DNA of 64,000 bases, taken from NCBI GenBank assembly GCA_963780185.1, contig CAWABA010000011.1:231402-295401 (forward strand), given 5' to 3'. This document shows positions 20,255 to 31,555 of this stretch, piece by piece; within the stretch, counting starts at the first letter, position 1; the number at the start of each line of letters is the position of its first letter. The translations under genes and the position numbers were made by a program. The DNA is from Candidatus Bathyarchaeota archaeon (GTDB lineage Archaea; Thermoproteota; Bathyarchaeia; Bathyarchaeales; Bathycorpusculaceae). The notes beneath the pieces are model-generated. The model was not told the origin of the DNA and did not search any database. It was given only the letters and a program-made list of their open reading frames with translations.

Positions 20255-21949
20255 ATGAAGATACGAACAAAAACAGTTGTTACCATTGCCGTCGTTGCAT
20301 TTGTCTTTTTCATAGGATTATCAACGGTTGCGACCCTGGTCATTCAGCCCAGTTTCAACAATATAGAAAAACAGGAAAGCAACCAGGGTATGACTCAGAC
20401 GCTGAACGCAATCAACTATTCACTTAATCAGATTAGGGGGGATCTGCGGGATTATTCAGACTGGGATGACACCTACAACTTCGCCGAAGACGGAAACCAA
20501 AACTACATTCAGGACAACATGGTTGACTCGACCTTTGAGCAGTTAAACCTTAACCTCATCGTGGTTGCGGATGTTAATGGCTGCTTAGAATATTGCCAAT
20601 CGTTTGACCTTAACAATTCAGTCAAAGTTCAAACTACAGACCAGACTAAACAAACCTTAGAATCCGACAAATCGATTTGGGAGTTCTCTTCCACAGAGGC
20701 AACCGTCTCAGGCATCATGCTGCTGGACAATCAATCAATGCTAGTCGTTAGCGCGCCTGTATTGACAACGACAAATCAGGGACCCATCAACGCAGGAATG
20801 CTTTTTGGAAGATATCTGGATGCAAAAGAAACCAGCAAACTACAGACAATAACTGACCTAAATTTCTCGATTGATACATTAGCCGATTTTAAACTCAATA
20901 ATAGCCGAATGGCCGATTCATTATTTTCTAATCCGCAGGGTAACCTCTTGAAAGAGAACGGGCGTAGCACCCTGTCAGATTACATGTTAATAGACGACGT
21001 TAACTCGGAGCCGACGTTTGTGCTGCAGGTTACCCAATCCAGAACCGCTTATCAGCAGGAAGTATGGGCAGGAAACATCTTTTTGGTTGCTGCCGTCTTG
21101 CTTACCATTGCTTTCGGCGTGTCCATTTTGATTTTGTTGGAAACAAGCATTATCAAACCCATGATTAAGCTGGCGTCTCAAATTGAAAACATGCCCCTGA
21201 ACCCAGATGTGCCTAAGAATAAATCTAAATTCGAAACTGACGAAATAAGCATAATTGCCAACTCAGCGAGCAGTAATCTTAACAAGAAACTTGAAGCAAT
21301 AACTGAAGTCTCGAGGATGGTGGGTCACGACCTTCGGAACCCATTGTCGGGAATCAAGAATGCGGTGTACATTCTGAAGAAAAACTACGGTTCGCAGCTG
21401 GAGGAGAAGGGAAACGCGCAGCTTAAGACAATCGATGACTGCGTTGAATACTCGGACAAAATCGTGCGGGACCTGCTTGAATACTCCACCGTGGCAAGGC
21501 TTGGTCTCACTAAAACGAACCTCAAAAAGCTGATTGACGATTCCTTGTCAACGTTTACTGTACCCAGCAACGTTCAACTAGCAAACGATGTTAAAGACGA
21601 CCAAAACGTGTTGCTCGTAGATAATGGGCAAATCCAACGGGTCTTTAGCAACCTGATAAAAAACGCTTTTGACGCGATGCCTAACGGCGGAAAACTTCAG
21701 ATATCCAGCGGCAGAAAGATGACTGGGAAAGTAGCTGTTGCTTTTTCTGATTCAGGCGTCGGCATGTCGGAGGAAACTTTGAAGAAGCTGTGGACGCCGT
21801 TTTTCACTACAAAAGCCAAGGGGTTAGGCGTCGGCTTGTCTATTTGCAAGAAGGTAATTGAAGCGCATGGCGGTACCATCAAAGCCGAAAGCACGTTGGG
21901 TAAAGGAACCACATTCACAGTTCATCTACCAACACACAGCCCAAACTGA
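20255..21949 (+). CDS. membrane sensor histidine kinase (CHASE4-like sensor)
   Basis: two TMs, DYSDWDDTY sensor motif, HDLRNPL H-box, NLIKNA, DSGVG, FFTTKAKGLGVGL. Confidence 0.93.
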   Translation: MKIRTKTVVTIAVVAFVFFIGLSTVATLVIQPSFNNIEKQESNQGMTQTLNAINYSLNQIRGDLRDYSDWDDTYNFAEDGNQNYIQDNMVDSTFEQLNLNLIVVADVNGCLEYCQSFDLNNSVKVQTTDQTKQTLESDKSIWEFSSTEATVSGIMLLDNQSMLVVSAPVLTTTNQGPINAGMLFGRYLDAKETSKLQTITDLNFSIDTLADFKLNNSRMADSLFSNPQGNLLKENGRSTLSDYMLIDDVNSEPTFVLQVTQSRTAYQQEVWAGNIFLVAAVLLTIAFGVSILILLETSIIKPMIKLASQIENMPLNPDVPKNKSKFETDEISIIANSASSNLNKKLEAITEVSRMVGHDLRNPLSGIKNAVYILKKNYGSQLEEKGNAQLKTIDDCVEYSDKIVRDLLEYSTVARLGLTKTNLKKLIDDSLSTFTVPSNVQLANDVKDDQNVLLVDNGQIQRVFSNLIKNAFDAMPNGGKLQISSGRKMTGKVAVAFSDSGVGMSEETLKKLWTPFFTTKAKGLGVGLSICKKVIEAHGGTIKAESTLGKGTTFTVHLPTHSPN

Positions 21950-22044
21950 TTTCGCCAAACTCCGCTCGGAGAAGCCAAGGAGTCACCTTCTATGTTGTCA
22001 GCGTTCAAATACTGCTTCTGCATATTGAGAAGAGAGGCATCTAA

Positions 22045-22587
22045 ATGGCTTCATGGATGGAGTACTTCGGCTGGACCCTGTTTCGGTTAATGAGAAAGCT
22101 GCGGATTACGAGGATACTGCGTTTAGGCGTTTCATCTGGGCGGTTTCTGGATTATTTTAAGGGTTTCGAGAAGTCTAAGGCTGTGCGCGGCATCTTCGGC
22201 GACGCAACCGAGGAGGTCCTCAGGAACCTCAGAGTCCAGTTCACTTGGTTTGGGTACATGGGTGTCGACGACAACGACGGGCACTTAATGGTTAACAAGA
22301 GCTACCTCAACAGCGGCGACAAAACCGACATCTACCTCGACGTAGTCCACGAGCTCTGCCACGTCAAGCAGCATCTGGACGGCAAAGAACTGTTCAAGAT
22401 GGGATACGATTACGTCGACCGACCCACCGAAGTTGAAGCTTACCGTTACACGGTGATTGAAGCCAAGCGGCTTGGGTTAAGCGACGAGCGGATCCTTGGT
22501 TACTTGCAGACTGAATGGATGAGCAAAGAGGATGTGGCGCGGCTTGTCAAGAACATAGGAATCGACCTTCACGTCGCCGAGAACTAG
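22045..22587 (+). CDS. hypothetical protein with HExxH (zincin-like)
   Basis: VVHELCHVKQH with a downstream EVEAY. Confidence 0.7.
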   Translation: MASWMEYFGWTLFRLMRKLRITRILRLGVSSGRFLDYFKGFEKSKAVRGIFGDATEEVLRNLRVQFTWFGYMGVDDNDGHLMVNKSYLNSGDKTDIYLDVVHELCHVKQHLDGKELFKMGYDYVDRPTEVEAYRYTVIEAKRLGLSDERILGYLQTEWMSKEDVARLVKNIGIDLHVAEN

Positions 22588-22645
22588 GAAAACAAGAAAG
22601 AAATTAAAAAGAAAAAAATTTGTTGCTAATATTTTGGGAAAAGAT

Positions 22646-23446
22646 TTAGTGCGAGAATAGTTTCTCGTAGGGTCTCTTTGAGACGGGTAGTATCTTTTTG
22701 AATTTGTGCGCCATGATTTGGTTTGGGTCAGCGCCGAAGTGGCTGCAGTATTCTTTGACGAGGGCTTCAATGGTTTTGAGGTCCCGTTTTCCAGCATCTA
22801 ACGTTTTGGTTCCTTTGACTGGCTCGAGGATTTCGCCGCGTTCATAGATGACTCCGCCATGCATTCCTGTGCCAACGAATCTTGCTTTGCATTTTTCGCC
22901 TTCTTTCAGGTTTAAGCCGAGGATAATCATTACTCCGCCCGCCATGTATTCTGCGAGGAAGTCACCTGCGGTTTGCCCGATGACGATCTGTGGGATTTTA
23001 CGTTGGTACTGCTTCATATGTATGCCGACGCGGTAGCCGACGTAGTCGCGGACAAAGATTTTCCCGCCACGCATCGAGTTACCTGTGACGTCGCCTGCGT
23101 GTCCATGGATGATGATTTGGCCTTCGTTCATGGTGTTGCCGCAGCCGTCCTGCGCGTTACCGTGGATTACCAGTTTGGGTCCGTTCATGAATGCGCCGAG
23201 GTCGTTTCCTGGGGTGCCGTAAACGTCGATTTGGGCGGTTGTTTCCAGGTCGGTGCCGATGTAGCGTTGCCCGCAGACGTTTTTGATTTCGATTCGCTCG
23301 ATGCCGTCTGAGCCTATTGCCTGCCGCAAAAGAGCGTTCAGGTCTCGGTAGTAAAGTCCTTCTGCGTCCACTTGGAATACTTTGTCTTCCATCTTGATTC
23401 TGCCAAGGTATTTTTGGTCTATCTGCTGGGTTTTCTGTTCAAGCAT
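22646..23446 (-). CDS. gltB3: glutamate synthase alpha-subunit domain 3 (GXGXG beta-helix)
   Basis: GTPGNDLGAFMNG, AGDFLAEYMAGG, VGTGMHGG. Confidence 0.9.
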   Translation of the reverse strand: MLEQKTQQIDQKYLGRIKMEDKVFQVDAEGLYYRDLNALLRQAIGSDGIERIEIKNVCGQRYIGTDLETTAQIDVYGTPGNDLGAFMNGPKLVIHGNAQDGCGNTMNEGQIIIHGHAGDVTGNSMRGGKIFVRDYVGYRVGIHMKQYQRKIPQIVIGQTAGDFLAEYMAGGVMIILGLNLKEGEKCKARFVGTGMHGGVIYERGEILEPVKGTKTLDAGKRDLKTIEALVKEYCSHFGADPNQIMAHKFKKILPVSKRPYEKLFSH

Positions 23447-23453
23447 GCTAACA

Positions 23454-24965
23454 TTACTCTCCTGCCAATTTCACTCCGAGGATTTTTGATTCAGCCCTCG
23501 ATAACCCGACGCCTCTGAGCGCTAAACGGTTGCCCCGTAAGCTTTCGATGGCGTTTATGCCCATGCCGCCCATCATGTCTTTGATTTCGACGCTCCAACT
23601 GTTAAGGAGGTTGACGAGGCGTTTGGATGCGATGTCGGGGTTGATGCGTTTGCTGATCCACGGGTCGCTAGTCGCGATTCCCCATGGACATTTGCCCGTG
23701 TAGCATTTCTGGCAGACCGTGCAGCCCATGGCGATGAGAGCAGCGGTTCCGATGTAGACCGCGTCAGCGCCTAACGCGATCGCTTTGAATACGTCCGCGC
23801 TGCCTCTTATGCCGCCTGCGATGACTACGGAGGCTTGGTTGCGAATGCCTTCTTCGCGGAGGCGTTGATCGACCTGTGCAAGAGCCAACTCGATGGGTAT
23901 GCCTACATTGTCACGGATCGTTTTCGGTGCAGCTCCTGTTGCACCTCGGACGCCGTCAAGCGCAATTATGTCTGCGCCTGCTCTGACCATGCCGCTTGCG
24001 ATAGCCGCAGCGTTATGGACCGCCGCGATCTTCACGGAGATTGGTTTGGTGTAGTTGGTTGCTTCTTTGAGCGCGTAGATGAGTTGGCGTAGGTCTTCGA
24101 TTGAGTAGATGTCGTGTTGCGGATACGGTGAAAGCGCGTCGGTGCCTTCGGGTATCATGCGCGTTTTAGCGACGTTGGCGGTAACTTTTTCGCCTGGTAA
24201 GTGTCCGCCGATGCCGGGTTTTGCGCCTTGTCCGATCTTAATTTCGACGGCTGCCGCAATGTCCAGGTATTTGGGGTGGACGCCGAACCGTCCTGATGCG
24301 ACTTGGACGATGGTGTGGGCTCCGTACTTGTAGAGTGATGTGTCTAAGCCGCCTTCACCCGTATTGAAGTAGGTGCCGCATTCCGTGGCTGCCCGCGCCA
24401 ATGATTCATGAACGTTTAGGCTTATGGCGCCGTAGGACATGGCTGAGAACATGATCGGTGTGTCTAAGCGAAGCTGTGGTGTAAGCTGAGTCTTCAGAGT
24501 TGCCTCGCCGTTTTCCATCTCTATTTCAAGCTTGTCTGGTTTCGTGCCTAGGTAAGTGCGGATTTCCATCGGCTCCCGCAAGGGGTCAATCGATGGGTTG
24601 GTGACTTGGCTCGCGTTCAGCAACAGTTTATCCCAGAAGCTGTAGTCGGGTTTGTCGCAGCCCATACCTGTGAGGATGACTGCGCCGGTTTCAGCTTGTT
24701 TTTTCACTTCCCGTATCGCTTCCACTGTCCAGTTTGCGTTTTCTCGGTTGACGTTTGGGTTCTTTCTGATGGTGATGGCATGGGTTGGGCAGAATGTGAC
24801 GCATCGTTGGCAATTCACGCAGTTTTCATCTTTGCTAACGACGGTGTCTGTTTCTTCGTCATAGCAGTGTGTGTCATAAGTACATTGGTTAACGCATACT
24901 TTGCAGCGTATGCAGCGTTTCTCGTCACGTTCAACTAGGTATTCGGGTAGCACGTAGGTTTTCAT
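23454..24965 (-). CDS. gltB2: archaeal-type glutamate synthase FMN domain with N-terminal 2x[4Fe-4S]
   Basis: [65 protein letters not shown]. Confidence 0.94.
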   Translation of the reverse strand: MKTYVLPEYLVERDEKRCIRCKVCVNQCTYDTHCYDEETDTVVSKDENCVNCQRCVTFCPTHAITIRKNPNVNRENANWTVEAIREVKKQAETGAVILTGMGCDKPDYSFWDKLLLNASQVTNPSIDPLREPMEIRTYLGTKPDKLEIEMENGEATLKTQLTPQLRLDTPIMFSAMSYGAISLNVHESLARAATECGTYFNTGEGGLDTSLYKYGAHTIVQVASGRFGVHPKYLDIAAAVEIKIGQGAKPGIGGHLPGEKVTANVAKTRMIPEGTDALSPYPQHDIYSIEDLRQLIYALKEATNYTKPISVKIAAVHNAAAIASGMVRAGADIIALDGVRGATGAAPKTIRDNVGIPIELALAQVDQRLREEGIRNQASVVIAGGIRGSADVFKAIALGADAVYIGTAALIAMGCTVCQKCYTGKCPWGIATSDPWISKRINPDIASKRLVNLLNSWSVEIKDMMGGMGINAIESLRGNRLALRGVGLSRAESKILGVKLAGE

Positions 24966-26102
24966 TGAGTTAATCCTCCTGCTAAGACTTCAGCCGCTTT
25001 GGGGCTGTTTTTGAGTCTGCAAATCACTGGTTCTCCGCCTCTTGGCGCCCAAAACTTGTCCAGATTGGGTGAAACTAGCCGCATGGCTGATTCTTCTGAC
25101 GACAGATACGTGTAATCGCCGTTTGTGCCTGCGACCAATGGTCGAAGCTTGATTCTGTCGGTTAACCCAATCATTTCGCCATGATGCGCGACAACTATAC
25201 TGAATGGTCCGTTCATTAGTAGGCTGCCGTAGGTTTGACGCAGCGCTCCGAGAAGCTGTGCTTCTTTAAGTGGCATTTGGTCGATTTCGCTCCAGAGTGG
25301 CGCGGCAAGAATTTGGGCTACAAGTTCAATCGGCATGTTTTGTCTTCGCATAAGCAAGTCTACCGCGTACGCCAGCACTTCGGTGTCTGTTTGCATTGTG
25401 CATTTGTATCCGTACATTTCGAGGTAGCGCCGATTTATGCCGTAGGATGAGAGTTCACCGTTATGGATGACTGTCCAGTCTAAGATGTTGAATGGGTGTG
25501 CTCCGCCCCACCAGCCCGGAGTGTTCGTGGGGAATCGGCTGTGGCAAGCTCCAAAGGTACCCTTGGTAGTCTTCGAGGCAGAAGAACTTCGCGACATCTT
25601 CAGGGAAGCCTACTCCTTTGAATACACCCATGTCTTTGCCGCTTGAGAACACAAACGCTTTCCCCGTTTCTGTGTTGATCCGCATGACGGCGTCTATGAC
25701 GTAGTCCTGTTCGCTTTGTCCCTCGGGGCGGTTCTTTTTGGGTTGAACAAAGTAGCGCCACACCAACGGTGGATTATGCACGTTAGCTGGCTTTGTCTGC
25801 ATTTCCTCGTCGTAAATTTGATCGAATTTTGAGGCAAGTATGCGGTCGGTTTTTTCTTTGGCGTCCTTGCTTAGGTACATTATGTGGAGTGCGTAGTAGT
25901 CTTTGAAGTCTGGGTAGATGCCGTAAACTGCGAAGCCGCCGCCTAAGCCGTTGCCGCGGTCATGCATGTTTGTTATGGCGCGCACGGGGTCTTTTGAGCT
26001 GAAACGTTTGCCTTCGGTGTTCATCATGGCGAAGATGGCGCATCCTGAGAAGTCTTTGTCGTCGCCGAAGGGATTGATTATTTTTTGGTCATGCTGGTTC
26101 AT
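24962..26102 (-). CDS. gltB1: glutamate synthase class II glutamine amidotransferase domain (frameshift near 25549)
   Basis: [44 protein letters not shown] spread over two ORFs. Confidence 0.9.
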
Positions 26103-26103
26103 T

Positions 26104-27384
26104 TTATTGCACCACACTCATTTTTCTCTGCATTGCAACTGGGAGCGTTGCCCAGCTGAAGTCATCTGCCAAAAGTTGCTGCTTGAACTTTTTCACGTTA
26201 ACAACATTCTTCATAAGATAGAACAGTAATCCTGCGCGTTCGATAGAGTTAACAAGAGTCATGCCTACGATGACGTTGTTTCTGAGAACCACCTTCTTGT
26301 ACAGGTTGTGTTCAGGGTCAAATTTGACAAGTACTTCCAACGTTGGGTCTTCTTTCGGGTTAGCTAACCCCACGGAAACGACTGGAATGCCGAAGTACTT
26401 GAGGCTGCTCATGTTGGTCCCGCCTGGATACGTCGCTTTTTTGCCAGCCATGTTGTAGCCTGCAACCTTTCCCTCCATGACAGCCAATGGCCAAAGAGGC
26501 AAAGTGCGGTTCTGGTTAATGATGAAGTCATAAGCCTCGGCAACATCGCCGCTGGCAAACACATCGGGAACGTTTGTCTGCATCATGTTATCAACGATGA
26601 TTCCCCTGTTTATCTTCACTGCGCTCCCAACAACCAGTTCAGTGCGTGGAACAACACCGATAGCCATTATGACAAGGTCACACGGTACCTGTTCTCCTTT
26701 AGTTAAGAGAACTGCGCCGACTACACTATCGTTGTCTGGTTTGCCCAGTATTTTCTGGACCGATTGACCAGTGACAACGTTAACGCCTGCTTTTCGAACC
26801 GCGCCTTCCATAATGTCTGAACCCTTAGCATCCAAGAGTAAGCTGAGAATCTTGTCTTGCAACTCAACCATCGTAACCTTCAAACCACGTTTAACAAGCG
26901 CTTCAGTAATGCTTATACCGATGAGACCTCCGCCTATGACAACTGCCGCCTTAGCGTTTATCGCCTGAATCTTGGCTGCGATTCGTTGGGCGTCCCCTAT
27001 AGTTGTAAAGGTGAAAACGCCGTCTTTCTCTGAACCTTCCGTCTTTGGAACGAAGGGTTTGCCGCCTGTTGCAAGGAGCAGCTTTTCAAATTGAATTTTT
27101 TCGCCGCTTTCAAGCTGGACGGTTTTCTCAGCAAGGTTTAGAGCCGTTGCTTTCTTGCCTGTTAAGGCTTCCACGTTCTTTTCTTTCCAGAAATCTTCGT
27201 TTCGGCAATCCACTTTTTTAAGGTCTGCTTTGCCGCTAACGAAGTCGCTGATCATCGGGCGGCTGTAGTGAGAGCAGGTTTCATCCGAAATCACAACGAT
27301 GGTTCCGACGGGGTCTATTTCGCGTATGGCTTCAACCGCGCCTATGCCTGCTGCAGATGCGCCTAAAATCACGTACTTCGCCAT
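26104..27384 (-). CDS. NAD(P)/FAD-dependent oxidoreductase (electron donor subunit of the glt operon)
   Basis: GASAAG, LLLATGG, GGGLIG, TNVPDVFASGDV. Confidence 0.9.
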   Translation of the reverse strand: MAKYVILGASAAGIGAVEAIREIDPVGTIVVISDETCSHYSRPMISDFVSGKADLKKVDCRNEDFWKEKNVEALTGKKATALNLAEKTVQLESGEKIQFEKLLLATGGKPFVPKTEGSEKDGVFTFTTIGDAQRIAAKIQAINAKAAVVIGGGLIGISITEALVKRGLKVTMVELQDKILSLLLDAKGSDIMEGAVRKAGVNVVTGQSVQKILGKPDNDSVVGAVLLTKGEQVPCDLVIMAIGVVPRTELVVGSAVKINRGIIVDNMMQTNVPDVFASGDVAEAYDFIINQNRTLPLWPLAVMEGKVAGYNMAGKKATYPGGTNMSSLKYFGIPVVSVGLANPKEDPTLEVLVKFDPEHNLYKKVVLRNNVIVGMTLVNSIERAGLLFYLMKNVVNVKKFKQQLLADDFSWATLPVAMQRKMSVVQ

Positions 27385-27831
27385 TTAGGATTTCGCCTCT
27401 TTGAAAACTAATGCTTCGTTGGGGCAGTTGGCGACGCATGCGGGCTCATCGAAGCCTTGGCATAGATCGCACTTCGCGACTACGTGGCCTTCCTTATCCA
27501 TTATTATGGCGCCGTATGGGCAAACCATTACGCAAGTCCAGCAACCCATGCATTTTTGGGGGTCATGGGTGACTTGGCCTGTTTTGGGGTCTTTGCGCAT
27601 TGCGCCTGATAGGCAAGCGGTTACGCAAGGCGCGTCTTCGCAGTGTCGGCACTGGATGGCGAATGAAACTGGCTTGTTTCGCTCGACCCTTACTCTGCTG
27701 ATTGGTTTGGGGCGTTCGCTGTTGTAGGCTTTGACTACGTCTTTTGATTTTGAATGTTGGACTGTGCAGTGGACTTCGCAGAGTCCGCAGCCCATGCAGT
27801 TTTCTTGTTTGGCAACTATTCTTTTAACCAT
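27385..27831 (-). CDS. 4Fe-4S dicluster protein (CooF/HydN-like)
   Basis: CMGCGLCEVHC, CRHCEDAPCVTAC, CMGCWTCVMVCP, KCDLC. Confidence 0.92.
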   Translation of the reverse strand: MVKRIVAKQENCMGCGLCEVHCTVQHSKSKDVVKAYNSERPKPISRVRVERNKPVSFAIQCRHCEDAPCVTACLSGAMRKDPKTGQVTHDPQKCMGCWTCVMVCPYGAIIMDKEGHVVAKCDLCQGFDEPACVANCPNEALVFKEAKS

Positions 27832-28102
27832 AACTTAAACCTCGAATTTTCATGTTTAGCGTGGACAAGTGAGCATTAAAATGTGCAGTTCAACATCGCT
27901 TGTACATAGAACATCATTGATTGTATTTATTTGTTTAATGCGTTCCATGTTTGTTTTGCAGGTGTCTGCTGCCATTTTTACCACTTTTCGTTAAGAGTTA
28001 GCCCATCAAATGGCACATATTCTATATAACTTTACCGCTAATCATTTATATGGTACTTCATGAACTATGTTATGTAAACGAAACATATATCAGGTGAGCG
28101 AT

Positions 28103-29206
28103 TTGGCTGAAAAAGACCTAGGTTACAGACGAGTCCAATGCACTGGAAGAGGCTCATATATAATATCCCTGCCCAAAGAATGGGTACAAGACCTCGAATT
28201 AAAACGAGGCAGCGAAATAGCATTCAACATAGAACCAGACTCAACCTTAATGCTGGTTCCAAGAAAAATCCAGGAAAAAGAAGGTCGAGGCAACGCAGCC
28301 AAACCCAAAGAATACTACATAAGCATTGACCAAAAGGAAACCATACAGTCTGCTCAAAGAATGATAAAAGCCTTGTACGCGATAGGCGCGGACATAATCA
28401 GAGTCCACATCAAAACCCCGCAAGACGCGGCCAAATACAAAAACGAAATAAAAAGTCTAGCGCGGGACAGCTTTCTGGGTTCAGAAATAATCGATGAAAC
28501 ATCAGATGAAATCACCCTTCAAATTCTGATAAAGCACTCCGAGTTTCCAATTGAAAAGGCAGTCAGAAGAATGGCGATTGTTGCTCTCTCTGCAAACAGA
28601 GATGCGATTGCCGCCCTTAAAGACCGCAACACGGCTTTGTTCGAAGGCGTAATCAGCGCCCACAACGACGTGAATCGGCTGGGGCTTTACGTTGTTCGCC
28701 AACTCAAATACGGCATCGAACGAAACTTGTATAGAGAGCTCGGTTTCAAAACCCCAAAAGAGTTCCTTCTTTACCGCATAGCTGTGAATGACGTGGAAAG
28801 TATCGCCCAAAACGCAATGAACATCATAAACAGTGTAGGTGCACTTCAAAAATTAATTGACGGTGAAATAGTTTTCTTGAAAGACCCAATAGACGAAGAG
28901 GTGTATAATCAGTTGGTGGATTACAGTTCGCGGTCGCAGCAGCTCTATGATGATGCTATTAAAGCGCTTTTTAAGAGAGAATACAAAGAAGCAGAAAAAC
29001 TCATTTCAAAACGTGACTCCTACATCCCGTTTGAAAACGAATTAGTTATGCTGATGTCAAGCAAAAAACTAGACCCCAACATTGCATCAGTGCTGCGCTT
29101 GATTTTCGACAGTTCCAGACGCATAATGGATTACAGCCGAAACATGGCGGAGCTCACGCTTAACCGCACTGTAGAGGAACAATGCCAAAACTTAGCAACA
29201 AAATAA
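28103..29206 (+). CDS. AbrB-PhoU family transcriptional regulator
   Basis: YRRVQCTGRGSYIISLPKEW AbrB-like N-terminus plus PhoU helical repeats; TTG start after AGGTGA. Confidence 0.85.
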   Translation: MAEKDLGYRRVQCTGRGSYIISLPKEWVQDLELKRGSEIAFNIEPDSTLMLVPRKIQEKEGRGNAAKPKEYYISIDQKETIQSAQRMIKALYAIGADIIRVHIKTPQDAAKYKNEIKSLARDSFLGSEIIDETSDEITLQILIKHSEFPIEKAVRRMAIVALSANRDAIAALKDRNTALFEGVISAHNDVNRLGLYVVRQLKYGIERNLYRELGFKTPKEFLLYRIAVNDVESIAQNAMNIINSVGALQKLIDGEIVFLKDPIDEEVYNQLVDYSSRSQQLYDDAIKALFKREYKEAEKLISKRDSYIPFENELVMLMSSKKLDPNIASVLRLIFDSSRRIMDYSRNMAELTLNRTVEEQCQNLATK

Positions 29207-29211
29207 CCCTT

Positions 29212-29868
29212 CTAGCTCTCTTTGAAAACTCGCGACAACAAGCGCTGCTCCGCTTTTCTCCTATGCTCGACCAGCGTGGAGCTTTTTAGTTTCAGTTTCT
29301 TAGCAAGTTCTTGACTACTTATTCTTCTGGGTGTCTCGTAGTATCCATGTTCAAAGGCTGAAACAAGGACACTTCGCTGCTTCTCGGTCAAATCATTAAG
29401 CGGCGACTCAAGCGAAAACTTGGCGTCAGTCAATGAAGCCACTTTGAATCGGATTTTTAACCCTTCGAAAGCTTCAAGCAAACTTTTCAACTGTTTTTCG
29501 TCACCGAGAAACGCAATTTTGATTCTGCCGTCTCTGACCTCAAACGGCGAGGAAAAGTAGCCGCCAAACGAAATGACTTTTTCTTCGTAGCTGTTACGGA
29601 CCATTTTTCCCGACATGAAAAATATTTTTGCGCCGTTTTTGTCCTGTTCCAGCAGCTGGATTTTAGGTTTGACAAAATCTCCTTCTGCGAGAAGTTCTTC
29701 TATTTTTGTTGAGGAGTCTTTGGGTTCGATTCTTATTATGGCGGCGAACTCTTCGTGGTCAAACCTCAGAAGATGAATTATTTCGTACAGCTTCACTTTT
29801 TCCAAGAGTTTGTTTTCTTCGTATTTCTTGAATTCTTCCTCAGCGATTTCTATGATTAGTCTGCGCAT
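29212..29868 (-). CDS. Bat-like HTH-10 transcriptional regulator
   Basis: LTEKQRSVLVSAFEHGYYETPRRIS...TLVEHRRKAE. Confidence 0.88.
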   Translation of the reverse strand: MRRLIIEIAEEEFKKYEENKLLEKVKLYEIIHLLRFDHEEFAAIIRIEPKDSSTKIEELLAEGDFVKPKIQLLEQDKNGAKIFFMSGKMVRNSYEEKVISFGGYFSSPFEVRDGRIKIAFLGDEKQLKSLLEAFEGLKIRFKVASLTDAKFSLESPLNDLTEKQRSVLVSAFEHGYYETPRRISSQELAKKLKLKSSTLVEHRRKAEQRLLSRVFKES

Positions 29869-30006
29869 GGGTTGGCTTTTGCCTGATGGGTGGGATAAGG
29901 TTTTTGCCGATGAAAGCCACAAAAAGATGGCTTAGTGCCTAGCATATACGGTATAAGGCATATCCGAGGCGGTGACTCTCACGCTTGAAAAAACGAGGAA
30001 CAAAGC

Positions 30007-31500
30007 ATGAGCACACTAAAACAGCTAACAAACAAATTAACGCGAAGCCAGTCGGGAACCAACCTGACGACGAAAGCCGACGGGTACCCTCTTCGGGTGC
30101 TCATAGCGTTAACCGCCACGGTTCTGCTGGTCAGCTACGTGGAAACCATGATTCTGCCAGGAATCCCGATAATCGAAAAAGACCTGTCAACAACGGCAAC
30201 CATCGGCTCCTGGATAACCGCCATAGTTCTACTGGTCGGCGCCGTGGTTTCGCCCATCTTTGGCAAGCTCGGCGACCTCTATGGAAAGAAAAGACTCATC
30301 GTTGTAACCTTGGTGTTCTACACAGTTGGCGTCAGCATCGCGGGTTTCTCGACATCCATTTACTTCTTGATTTTCGCGAGAGCCATTCAAGGGGTAGGGT
30401 TAGCCACAATCCCGTTGTCCTTCGCGTTGCTTACGGACGTTTTTCCAAAGGAGAAATTGGCTATGGCCCAGGGCGCGATTGCCGGTTCAGCAGCCGTCAG
30501 CACAGCGTTGGGATTGGTTGTCGGCGCGTATGTGGTTCAGGATTTAAGCTGGCAATATGCTTTTCACACTGCGGCAATTATCAGCGTAGTCCTATTTGTC
30601 GTGGTAGTTGCGGTTCTGCGGCGAGACGTTTCCTGCACAAAATGTAAAATTGATTACATAGGCGCTTTTCTTTTGTCGCTTGGAATATCGCTTGTGCTGC
30701 TGTACACGACCGAGGGGTCAACGCTGGGTTGGCTTTCACTTGAAGAACTCGCATTCCTTCTCCCCGGGCTAGCGCTTATCGTATCGTTCTTTGTCTTCGA
30801 AAGCAAAATCGCTGAGCCATTAATTCGGCTTGAACTGCTAAAGATAAAAAACGTGCTTATCGTCAACATAGTGACTATCATCTCAGGTTTAGCTAACTTC
30901 TTGCTGTTCTTTGCCATAGTGACCTACGCTGAGGTGCCGACCCCCTACGGATTGGGCTTTGACGTCATCAAAACAGGCTTGACGTTGGCGCCCGGCACAA
31001 TTGTCATGTTCATCGTTGGGCCGATAACTGGAAAACTCGTCACCAAAGTGGGGCCAAAGCCAATTCTGGTCACGGGGGGCGTTGTGGTCATCCTTAGTTA
31101 CCTGCTGTTCATCTTCAACCGCGGAAGCGCCCTTGACGTCACAATAAACGTTATGGTTGCTTTTTCGGGTCTTATCGCCCTCATGGTGCCCATAGTCAAC
31201 ATGATATCTGTGTCACTGCCAAAAGAAAGTGTCACCGTCGGCCAAGGATTGAACTCCACCCTGAAACAAATCGGAAGCGCAATCGGACCGGTACTTACAA
31301 CTTCAATCTTAGCTTCGTACACTGACCCAATATTCAAAACCATCAACGGACACAACGTCGCTGTAGGCAAAGTTCCTTCAGCCACCGCTTTCAACATCGT
31401 CTTCGCCCTAGGCATCGCGTTGGCAGCGGTCAGCATCATCCTGAGCTTGGCAATCAACAACACCGGATTCAAAAAAGGAAACAGCAAAAACGACACTTAG
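30007..31500 (+). CDS. MFS transporter (14-TM, EmrB/QacA-like)
   Basis: GKLGDLYGKKR motif A, ARAIQGVG. Confidence 0.92.
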   Translation: MSTLKQLTNKLTRSQSGTNLTTKADGYPLRVLIALTATVLLVSYVETMILPGIPIIEKDLSTTATIGSWITAIVLLVGAVVSPIFGKLGDLYGKKRLIVVTLVFYTVGVSIAGFSTSIYFLIFARAIQGVGLATIPLSFALLTDVFPKEKLAMAQGAIAGSAAVSTALGLVVGAYVVQDLSWQYAFHTAAIISVVLFVVVVAVLRRDVSCTKCKIDYIGAFLLSLGISLVLLYTTEGSTLGWLSLEELAFLLPGLALIVSFFVFESKIAEPLIRLELLKIKNVLIVNIVTIISGLANFLLFFAIVTYAEVPTPYGLGFDVIKTGLTLAPGTIVMFIVGPITGKLVTKVGPKPILVTGGVVVILSYLLFIFNRGSALDVTINVMVAFSGLIALMVPIVNMISVSLPKESVTVGQGLNSTLKQIGSAIGPVLTTSILASYTDPIFKTINGHNVAVGKVPSATAFNIVFALGIALAAVSIILSLAINNTGFKKGNSKNDT

Positions 31501-31555
31501 CAGCCAACAACAATTTCTCTTTTATTCAGAACCCGCTGTTCTTGTGTGGGAATTG

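Noticed and set aside
29985-30647. 220-aa overlapping ORF and the many other short shadow ORFs in the track
   Set aside because: Alternative frames or antisense of well-supported genes, with no motifs
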